A DNA stretch of 63,414 nt, counting the filler, from Lenisia limosa (lineage: Eukaryota; Protista; Breviatea): NCBI GenBank assembly GCA_001655205.1. It is 9 parts of 9 records of this genome, joined end to end, with 100 filler letters (N's around TTAATTAATTAA, not from the genome) between each part and the next. Parts side by side here need not be neighbours in the genome. Positions count along the whole stretch, not along the records: positions 18,003 to 28,602 come from LPNZ01009478.1; positions 28,703 to 30,430 come from LPNZ01006116.1; positions 30,531 to 55,720 come from LPNZ01005821.1; 6 more parts are not named here. One strand, 5' to 3'. This document shows, piece after piece, positions 25,427-35,659 of this stretch. The position numbers and the translations under genes are program-made. Under the pieces are notes generated by a model that saw nothing but the letters and a program-made list of their open reading frames with translations, ran no database searches and was not told the DNA's origin. Within the stretch, counting starts at the first letter, position 1. Each line of letters starts with the position of its first letter.

Positions 25427-28400
25427 ATGGATGCACGCTTAGAAGATGCCGAACTTTCGGCGCAACTTGACCTTTCGGAACTTTCTTTGAGACAGATTCC
25501 TGGTTTGCAAATGACGTAATGCCCCTCCGTTGCTCTCCTATCGCTTTTCACTAAGGCCAAGATGTGATCTAACGTATTCAGATAAAGTTTTCACCGAGTT
25601 TACCCACATTATCACCCTTGACGTCAAAAGGTGCTGAAAATGAATTGACGTCGCTTTCCTGTGTATCATTTATTCTTCTTGATGCTAATAATCATATAAT
25701 CATGATCATTATTTCCTATTTAAATATTGAAGAAAGTACCCTTAATCAAACCCAATGACCCATTATAGGAACCAGTTAACCTCTCTTCCCGACTCTCTTG
25801 GCGAGCTTTCGGGTCTTGAGGAGTTGGTCTTGACAAGGAACAAGATCGCAACGCTCCCCCCCTCTCTTGGCACTCTCAAGGTTTGAACACGGAATGAAAC
25901 TTTTCGTCTAAAATCGCTGCTATTCCCTCTCCTTTGATAAATTACCAATATTCAAAGAAACATGGTATCATTAACGCATCACCCTTAGGACCTGCGCACC
26001 CTTGTACTGGGCTCTAACCCGTCCCCATCCTTCACTTGCACACTGGAGTCTCTGTCTGTCCTGGCCACGCTGGACCTGTCCAACTGTCTGCTGTCGTCCG
26101 TGCCGCAGGAGGTTTTCAGCCTGCCTGCCTTGAGGGAGCTGAACCTCTTTAAGAACGACCTGACTGTCCTTCCCCCTCAGGTTGGTGCTGTGTTTTGTGC
26201 ATGCCCCCTCACCTCAGGTTGGTGCTGTGTTTTGTGCATGCCNNNNNNNNNNNNNNNNNNNNNNNNNNNNNNNNNNNNNNNNNNNNNNNNNNNNNNNNNN
26301 NNNNNNNNNNNNNNNNNNNNNNNNNNNNNNNNNNNNNNNNNNNNNTGTGTTTTGTGCATGCCCCCTCAGGTTGGTGCTGTGTTTTGTGCATTGGAGAGTA
26401 TAGTTTCACAGAACGCAATTTGTGAGAAGAATTCCTCGATCATGCTTCAATGTACATATGGCAGAGTTAAACCCAAAGTGAGTCGGTGATGCTTCAGATT
26501 GGTCGCTTGAAGACTCTCAACCATCTCAACATTTCACAAAACAAAATCGCTTGTCTCCCCACCTCTCTATTGGAGCTTGAGGTTTGCAGAACTGTGCAAT
26601 TTTTCGTGTTGTTTTGTAACGTTTCCACCATTCCCAATTGCCTCCACCCAAGGTGGTGTTGATTTGTGAGTTGTGATCCATAAATTTCCTTTTTTTCGCC
26701 TTATATTTAGTGTTATCTCAGGGTTTTGTTTCTCAATTTACCCCCCCTCCCCTCCAGGACTTGAACAATTTGGAGGCAGACGGCAACCCCCTCACCAACC
26801 CCCCGGCTGACGTCGTTGATAGAGGTGTCAGTGCGGTCAAACAGTTCCTGAGAGTGGGTCTTTCTTGGGTTTGTTTTTGGATCGTTTATTTCTAGTCGTC
26901 CTTTCTGTACTCTCCTGCCACTAAAGTATTGCAATTTTAGGGTGTTAGTCGATTGAGCTGTCATGTTACCCCCTTTTACAGGAATCGGCAACAGAAGCTT
27001 CGGTAGACCTTCAGCGGACGCATGTGGACCACACCCCTCTGGCACATGTTTTGGCCGGCGGCACAGTTGTCACAATGGTCACGTGCAAAACCAGCGACGG
27101 TAAGATGCCTTTGTATCTTTGTATGAAATATGTACCAGCATACCATACACTACTATCATCAAATAGTAATTAACAAATTCATTGCTATGATATTTAAATA
27201 TATCGATATAATATACATGTACTACATACATAAAAATGAACTATGATATGTTATCTTAATGGACCAGGATTGCAGGTATCCGAAGGAGGAGAGGACGTAA
27301 ACGCATTTTTAAGGACCGCGTAAGCAGGGTCATAATTTCTTGGACCTGGGCTTTGTGACATATTATGCTGTTTTCGACTTCATCCAGAGAAAAAACATAA
27401 TTACCTATGTCAATTGTTTATTGGCTCTTTTCATTTCAGCTCCTTCTTTTCAAATAATAGTAAAATAGTGTTTTTGTTCCCAGTTTCACCACTTGAATCC
27501 ACTGCACTACAATGTTGACCCCTTAGTGAGGGTGAAAACGGCTGCTTAGTTGTTGACCGTTTGAATGGAACATATTTGGTGTCTTTCATCGCCACCTCCA
27601 AAGGAGATGCTACGCTCCATGTCACTGTATGGGCGGGGGATGACCCAATCATCATTAAAAGTTATTAGGCATGACAGTGAATAATATATCCATGCGGTTT
27701 ATTACATTCTCATTCCTTTTCTCATTTTGCTAAATAGTGATGTGGATTGCCTGATTTGGCATTATATGATGTGGAGCCCTATAGCATAAAATGATGTGGA
27801 GCCCGTATAATTTTTAATTACAGTTCCTCACACACAGATTAATGGCACGGAAATTCCGGATTCCAACATCGCTATGAACATCTTGCCTGGTGGGTGTAGT
27901 GGAATTAATTCAAATGGGGGACATATTTATGTATATATATATTTACTCAGTTGTTAGGAATTTTCATTTAAATGTTGTTGTTGTTTCCTTTGGCCTGGTA
28001 TTTTCGTTCATATTTCCACATTCTTATTTGCGGTCTTAATGCTTTCAGGTCCGGTGGTTCTCTCGAGTTCGCTGGTACAGATTCCGCAGTCCGGCTTTGT
28101 CAACAACCAAATCGCGATACCCATTTTCTTCTGTGACAAGTAGGCAATTGTCACCTTTGCTTTTCTAAATCATCTAGCGTATCTTTTTTTTCAAATCTCT
28201 TTAGGGTCCAAGAACAACACATAATAAAGACAATGGTACAACACCAACATCCATTTAAATGATATTTGATCTCTGATTAAGATTCGGCAACAGAGTGACG
28301 AGTGACGAACCCTCGATTCTCGCCTCCAATCCGGACGGCGACTTTGTGGACACCAGATGCAAAGTATGACGCAGCTCTTTTGTTCAATCATATACCACAT

Positions 28401-28602
28401 GCAAAGTATGACGCAGCTGTTTTTATTCGTCATTTGGCGAACAGCTCAGCTTGACAGTGTTTTGTTTTCTACCAGCTAATACCAAAAAAACCGCTCTGAT
28501 TGGCCAGGAAACTGAGGAAGGCTTTGAGGTCAGTTTTATTCCCGAAACAGTTGGAGCCTTTATCTTTGCCCTTTCCGACTCTTCCGGCGCTCCGATCGCC
28601 TC
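25427..28602 (+). CDS. Leucine-rich-repeat protein followed by filamin/ABP280-type Ig repeats; 3' end lost at contig spacer
   Basis: Phase-compatible exons 25427-25502 (LDLSELSLRQIP), 25582-25630, 25769-25880 (NQLTSLPDSLGELSGLEELVLTRNKI), 25989-26180, 26498-26581, 26758-26853 (GNPLTNPP..VV..G..AVKQFLR LRR cap). Then GGEDV, VVDRLNGTYLVSFIATSKGDATLHVTING, DKFGN and FEVSFIPETVGAF, typical filamin-repeat motifs. Confidence 0.85.
26173..26390. repeat. Tandem repeat of ~31-37 bp spanning the exon end and 5' donor (CCCCTCAG|GTTGGTGCTGTGTTTTGTGCATG)
   Basis: Three donor-containing copies plus a partial copy are visible either side of an N gap; more may lie inside the gap. Confidence 0.85.
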
Positions 28603-28722
28603 NNNNNNNNNNNNNNNNNNNNNNNNNNNNNNNNNNNNNNNNNNNNTTAATTAATTAANNNNNNNNNNNNNNNNNNNNNNNNNNNNNNNNNNNNNNNNNN
28701 NNAAAAGAGTTTGCGAGACAAA

Positions 28723-29563
28723 AGAGAGACAAAACCCTGAAAAACACAGATTAAGGGGGGATACGGGGGGGTGAATAAAATTTGAAAATTTATGGAAGAA
28801 ATAAAAAAGCCCAAATTAACTCTGTTGTTTGACAACATAAAAATCAATAAACTTGATTGAACAAAAGACTAAGAACCATGTTGAATCCCATTAGGCCTAC
28901 CCCGCCACGGGAAGCTTCTCTGACATAAACTAAAGCGGTTAGAATACTGGTAAGATGGATAGCATGTGGTAAGCATAATGACAAGCACAGGCAACAATGA
29001 AATTATATAATAAGAAGAAAATGAAGATGAAGATGAAGAAGCGCAATAATAACAACAAGGAAAAGAGTGACACCCACCTTTGAGAGTTCCTTGTTGTCAG
29101 CGTCCTTCACGGCTTTGTTGATGTTGTATTGTCCGTCACTACGTTATTAGTTATTAGAAGATCACAGCATTACGGAATTATTAGCGGTTATTAGGAACAA
29201 GTTATGAAATAGAAGGAAAATGCTAAAGTACCCCCCCCCCCAACCTGGGCCGTTCTCTGCAGGTGTCAAGGTCGGACATCATCTCCATGGCCTTCTTGAA
29301 CTTGTTGTCTTTGATGAGGTCGTAGATCTGGAACCTGGCAGAGTGAAATGAAGAAAAATTTATGAAACAAAAAAGCCCAAAATCAACTCTGTTGAACCTG
29401 GGGGGGGGAGCTTTTGACTAAAAACTTGACAACACCATTTGCTATGGTGTTACGAAGGAAAATCGGTCAAGACTTATCCCGGTCACTGTATATTATGTAT
29501 ATATTTCGAAATTGGTTGGGTTTCAAAAAGACTCGACATGGTCAACCAATATATATACATGTA

Positions 29564-29611
<48 letters not shown>

Positions 29612-30430
29612 TACATGTAGCTATATATATGATATATCATATCGAAATAAGACCCCCACCATTTGCATTTGGAGCACTCGCAGTATGTTGGCACCTTGCC
29701 CATAGGCTTCTTCTTGGCTTGTTTCTTGGCTGAGGGGGCCGGAGCAGGCTCGTCCTCCTCCTCGTCATCCATGTCATCTTCGTCTTCTTCTGGGGGAGTA
29801 AAATTGGAAAATTTATGAAACTAAAAAGCCCAAATTCACCCTGACAACACACGAGGGTTGATAACAACAAAACAAACAGAGCCCAGNNNNNNNNNNNNNN
29901 NNNNNNNNNNNNNNNNNNNNNNNNNNNNNNNNNNNNNNNNNNNNNNNNNNNNNNNNNNNNNNNNNNNNNNNNNNNNNGGTAGGACGATTCGTTGAAGAAT
30001 ATTGGCGTGGGGCGACATCCATATTAGATTTTTTCCATATTAGACAGATAAATTTGTTTGAAAGCCATACCAGAGGCAACATCTTTGCGTTTGAGATTCT
30101 TCTTAGCTGCAGGCTTTTTCGCAGCAGGCTTCTTGGCAGCAGGCTTAGCGGGAGCAGGCTATGGGGTAAATGGGTAATTTATGCTGGTGGTGGGGGTATT
30201 TCAACATCTGAGAAACACGAGGGTTGAAAACAAGAAGAACAACAAAGAAGAAGAACAAAGAAGAACAAGGAACAACCACAAAGAAGAACAACAAAGAACA
30301 ACAAGGAACATCCACAAAGAAGAAGAACAAAGAAGAAGAACAAAGAACACCTTGCCTACTGAGGCACGTTTAGCAGGGGTTTTGGTGGCGGCAGTGGCGG
30401 TAGTCGCTGTTCCGGTGAAGGGGAGGGCTC
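28723..30430 (-). CDS. Internal exons of a gene with histone-H1-like PAAKK repeats and an acidic tract
   Basis: Exons read TATAATKTPAKRAS, PAPAKPAAKKPAAKKPAAKKNLKRK, EEDEDDMDDEEEDEPAPAPSAKKQAKKK, FQIYDLIKDNKFKKAMEMMSDLD, YNINKAVKDADNKELSK. Bounded by contig spacers on both sides. Confidence 0.5.
29567..29608. repeat. (GT)n microsatellite
   Basis: About 20 GT units. Confidence 0.95.
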
Positions 30431-30744
30431 NNNNNNNNNNNNNNNNNNNNNNNNNNNNNNNNNNNNNNNNNNNNTTAATTAATTAANNNNNNNNNNNNNN
30501 NNNNNNNNNNNNNNNNNNNNNNNNNNNNNNGACGGCTTCGGCCAGATACATCTTTATTATTATTTCTCATTGCTATATATTATAATATATCGTATTATAT
30601 ATTGATGTATCACTCTAAGAAGAATATGAACTTTGTGGAAGCCTTATGCTCGAAAGGTGAATCCTAAAAAATTTCCCTTGTGTGCACCCCTGACTTTACA
30701 ACATATCATATCATGTCATACATAGTATACGTACATATCATATA

Positions 30745-31735
30745 CACTGACCGCGATAAGTCCTGACACGAATGTTTTTCTCAATATTTAAACGGAATTG
30801 TATTTCATTTTCAAATTAAAAGTTGGTTTATGAGACAAGGTGTCCAAATTTTTTGTCTTCCACCATTTTTCAATCTACAAATTATGAAGTGAATCTATTC
30901 ACTAAATTCATCAAAATTGACAGTATTTGGTACTATTTTTTATTATTGAATTTAGTGAAACCCATAGGCTTGTATTTTGAGTTCTGTTAACTATCTGTGT
31001 AGTAATTTTGCAATAGTCAATTCCAGTATTCAGTTCAAATATCAATTATGCTCCTAATCTCATCTTGTTTTGATTCGAAAAAGAGAACTATTTGAAGGAA
31101 AATGTTGGTGAAACATGGTGACATGATGAAATCTCAGGAGGCTGTGAGGAACCTTATTTTTGGCTTTACCATGCCAATGTTCACTGTTCCAAGAGTATTC
31201 ACCAATATTTGAAGAACAAGTTCGACGTTAAATTGATTGAGAATGCCTGGTGTATCCTGGGCAGGAAGATTATCCAACAGGAAGATAACACACCAAGACC
31301 CTTGTTAGCGTCTCAACATAGCATAGGACTCAATTAACCATGAGAAGATCGCAGCCATGCCTCAATGCTGCCGTGACATCATCGTCGCTTTGGGTTGCTT
31401 GACTCACTACTAAGACGATTTTTTATGTTTTGGAAATGTTTTTTTCGTTTTGACATTTATTTATGATATCATTTCTTTTTTTACTTGAAAAAGGATAAAA
31501 AAAAAAACATAATTTTTGGTATAATTGAAATTTAATTTGGCTAAAACAGCCCAAATAATGTCATTTTTAATGAATTTAGTGAAATGATTCACTAAATAAT
31601 CCATATTAGAAAAAAAATTTCAAACAAAAATTTGAACACCTTGACTCATATATCCCACTTTTGACTTGAAAAATGAAGTAAATTTTGAATAAATATAAAG
31701 AAAAACATTCGTGTCAGGACTTATCGCGGTCAGTG
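30745..31735 (+). mobile_element. Internally deleted Tc1/mariner DNA transposon (991 bp)
   Basis: TA-flanked termini CACTGACCGCGATAAGTCCTGACACGAATGTTTTTCT and its reverse complement; imperfect TIRs extend ~190 bp. Internal remnant reads LIENAWCILGRKI and MPQCCRDIIVALGCLTHY*, matching Tc1 NPIEN.W..LKR and SMPRR...VI...G..T.Y. Confidence 0.85.
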
Positions 31736-31839
31736 TATATATTTTTATATCCCATCTCTTTTAGTTTGAAGTAAAGGTTTATATATTAGGTGGTAGAAAG
31801 CAATAACATAATCTTGTTATGTGGAACATACTGTTGATT

Positions 31840-32690
31840 GCTGCTGAGATTTTTGCTTCTTTTTCTTTCTTTTTGAAGTGGATTCACTCAGAATAGAATT
31901 GAGAATGGAACCGTTTTTGGGAGCATGATGATCCTAATGAGACATAAGTGCACTGAGAGCATAAAAACCAACTTGAGATTTGTTCATAAACTGAACATTC
32001 TTCACTCGTTCTTTCTCCTTCTCAAGCTCACTGGCTCCTGAAGGGTTGCTTGAATTTTTTCCCTATTAAGTCAAGAGGAACATAAAAACAACATCCCAAA
32101 TTCAAAAAAGATATCCTCTAACCATCTTTTGATTGTTTTTGTTTCTTTCAAAGGAGGCTTTACGCTCTTGTTCAACAATCCTTTGCTGGTCAGTTCTCCT
32201 CTCTCTGTCGTCTTTAAGCGCCTTCTGTACTTCTTTCCTATAAAAGTAAATCAAGAGAAAGAGGGGAGGGGGTTAGCATACATAGACTGCTCATTTCCCT
32301 GAGTGGTGAGTACGTTCTTTTGCGCAGAGGCCGAGTTGCTGTTGAATTATATATTTGTACAAAGTACTTACGAGCCGGATCTCTTTCCTCCCATAACTGA
32401 CACTTGGTCAATGCCTTACAGCCAGAGCTCTAACGCATTATAGACTCGTTATGACGAATTATATAGAAATATAGAAACAACAAAAACACAACAAAAAGCT
32501 GCTTGGATACACTTGATTGCTTGCTTGGTTTGGTGGTTTGGTTGGTTTGGTTGCCACAGGCAGGCCAGAGGTTGGGTTCGCATTTCCGATCCGCCGCCGG
32601 GTCCTCCTTAAAAAGAAGATGAAATCGTAGTTCCAGTCGGCGAAAGTTTCGCAGTGGTTTCGCATTTTTCGTTGTGAAAACTGGGGGTGT
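31840..32690 (-). CDS. Unassigned small multi-exon gene with coiled-coil-like exons, divergent from DBR1
   Basis: Exon-like segments KEVQKALKDDRERRTDQQRIVEQE and ASELEKEKERVKNVQFMNKSQ with GT-AG boundaries; start not resolved. Confidence 0.3.
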
Positions 32691-32806
32691 AGAAACCCAA
32701 GAAACAAACCCCATGCCCTTCGCCCTTTCTCCGTTCCAAAAAACTCCCTAAAAACCAGCTTTCAAATGAAAAAATATCATTTCTTCTTTTTATCAAGAGA
32801 TATCGA

Positions 32807-35099
32807 ATGGGAGTTAGAGTTGCAGTTCATGGATGTGGTCACGGGGACCTAGACGCCATTTATACCGAAGTCTGTTTGTTGTCTGTTATAGTATTTGTAA
32901 TGAGTACGTATATACTGGTATATGCCATCAATCCCCATTCCATTCTCAATTTTTATTTTTGTAGTTGAAACTGAGGGAGGATGTTGGTGGTAAGATTGAC
33001 CTTCTTCTGATCAATGGTGATTTTGAGGTTTGAGCCTACTTTTGAAATTCGTATCATTTTTTTAAAACACATTAACATATTACGTTATATATAGACTAGA
33101 AATCAAATACAAAACTATAATATTTTTTAATATATCACAACAATCTTCACTTTATTCTTTTAGGCATGTAGAAACGATGGTGATCTACAGCAATTGGCAA
33201 CCCCTCAGAAATACCGCCATCTCACCGACTTTTCAAAATACTACTCAGGCGAGAAGCAAGCCCCGGTTTTGACCCTTTTTATTGGTGGAAACCATGAAGC
33301 AACAAACCACCTCTGGGAACTGTTGGGGGGGGGGGGGNNNNNNNNNNNNNNNNNNNNNNNNNNNNNNNNNNNNNNNNNNNNNNNNNNNNNNNNNNNNTTT
33401 AACTTTTTGTGCAGGGAGTTGATCTTTTAGATACCATGGAGGATGGGTGGCGCCGAATATATACTACCTTGGACATGCTGGAGTGGTAAACTTCGCTGGG
33501 CTTCGGATAGCAGGGATTTCGGGCATTTTCCAGCAGAAAGATGCAATGAAAGGGTACTTCGAGGTGGGCTAAAGTCACTATCTCTGTTATTTTTTGCTTC
33601 AACATCACTTCCTGTTCAATTTTTTTTTCGTTCATCGCGCATCCAGGTCTTTCCACTTAAAAAGAGCCAGTTGAAGAGTCCTTATCACACTAGAGAATTT
33701 GAGGTGTGGAGATTAAGCCATGTAAGAGGGGAAACAAACGATATCGTCAGAAACTATCACGAATCACATTTCTGAACCCTGCTTATGAGATAATATAGCT
33801 GACAGGCCGCCTGGATATCATGATGTCGCACGATTGGCCCAAAGGAGTGTATCATGAAGGAAACAAGCATATTGTTGTGAAGCAGAAGCCGTATGTTCAT
33901 GATGTTTGAGGGGACTTTTGCCGAAATCTCGTGTTTCTCAGCTAACTGGAAACAGGTGTGTCCTACTACAGTAGGAAATCCACATCTTTCTAGTCTACTT
34001 TCGACTTTACAACCCGCCCTTTGGACTGCTGCACATATGCACTGCCGCCTTGATGAGTTTGTTAAACATCAAAATGTGTGTGTGGAGGGGGTGAGGGTAT
34101 CACAGTTTTTGAAAGCAATCAGATTGTTCGTTTTTTAACATCATTACTGTAATCTTTCCTCAATGGTGGGATTTAGAATCGAGTAGCATTGGCATAATAT
34201 GACATGCTATGAATCCTTTACTATTCAGAATTCAGAAACCCACTTTTTGGCTCTTGGAAAATACGCGCCATATCTTGATAACTCGAAATATTTCGAGGTT
34301 TGTTTATTTCTGTACTGACAATCTCTGCCTTTTCAGTGTACTAGGCTCATCCCTTTCAGGTGATAGATTTTCCCGAGGCTTCAGGGAAGCGAGTCTTGAC
34401 TTATGATAGAGAATGGCTTGCTGTTGTTCGAAAGACCCAACCTCAAATGTGGGTACATTGGCCAATCAACCAGCATATCATTGATATGACGCTTTTACCA
34501 GAGGCAACAAGTCCTTTTGTTTTTTATGTCTGTAGTCCACGAGACAGCGTTTCAAGGCAAAGAAGTTATTTTGTTTGAGGGGTTTTTAAAGGCCCTGGTG
34601 TTTGCTGTAGTTTGTCATTGTCTCTAGGAAATGAAACCGAACATTCCGAGTTCAGAACAGCAGTGGGTACAGAAGAACGTTGTGGAGACGGAAAGATTGG
34701 TTGGTTGATATGGACTGTCACCTACTGACTCTTTCTTCACTTCTAACGTTTAAGGTTATTCCAAGAAACTTTGTGCAAACAGTCCCTGCCCACCCGCAAA
34801 ACAGAGTTTTGACCAGTAAGATTTTATTTTTAAACCATCCAGTGTTCTTATAAATATTAGAGATGGAGGTAAATCCGCAAACCTTGCAGTTTTTAGATCT
34901 TTTGAGCTTGGACTGCTCGACAGACCCTTGTGTCAGCGTGAATAGACCTAGAAACGAGACGAAGAGCCAAAAAAGTGAGAATGTTCAAATACTTTTAATA
35001 CCACATTTCTCTATAACCCAACAGAAGCCCCGTGTTATGTGGCCTCTGGCATTCCCTCTGTTGAACTCTATCAAACCCAGAAGCGGGCCCCAAAAGTGA
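32807..35099 (+). CDS. DBR1: RNA lariat debranching enzyme (metallophosphoesterase)
   Basis: Exons 32807-32869 ([19 protein letters not shown]), 32965-33027 (GDFE), 33164-33321 (FIGGNHEA), 33431-33563 ([12 protein letters not shown]), 33648-33721, then [29 protein letters not shown] and NPQTLQFL. All metal ligands are present. The exact 3' end is uncertain. Confidence 0.94.
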
Positions 35100-35659
35100 C
35101 CTTGGATAATGAGTTTCCCCCTTTAAAATGAAGACATGCAATACAGTTTTATCATGACCAGTTTTCCTTTCTAGGGTTCCTGTGACAATTGCATAAACAC
35201 CTAAGTTAAAGAGTATTCAGTTATTCCCTGTCAACGTCACCTAAAATGTTAGCTTCCACACTGTACAAGTTCATAGGATAATCATTTTAATTGGTCACAC
35301 TGGCATACTTTTTTGTGTTTTTTGCAGGAGGTAATGAGGGGGTTGATTTCAATTTTGGCTTCTAAAGGGGGTAACCATTATATTTAGGACAAAACGTCAT
35401 ATTTCCAAATATAGTACCACACTACTTGCATACAAAAGATGGGGCATTTGTATTGAGTTTGGCAGTTTTCAGGGCGTAATGCTCTGGAATGTCAGAAGAC
35501 GTAAATCTAAGATTCTAGCCAGGAAAGAGTTTTGACATCTCAATTTATTTCAGCACCCTTGTACGGATTATTGGCTGAAAGTGAATTATTCCTTGTTGGT
35601 TTGTCACAGAGAAAACAATAACACTAGAAAAATGATCAACCTAGCCCCTTACGCTGATG

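Noticed and set aside
23925-26390. Short tandem repeats as CRISPR-like arrays
   Set aside because: There are no unique spacers and no cas genes; these are eukaryotic intronic tandem duplications.
29414-29705. ORFs with CVCVCV repeats
   Set aside because: They are translations of a (GT)n microsatellite.
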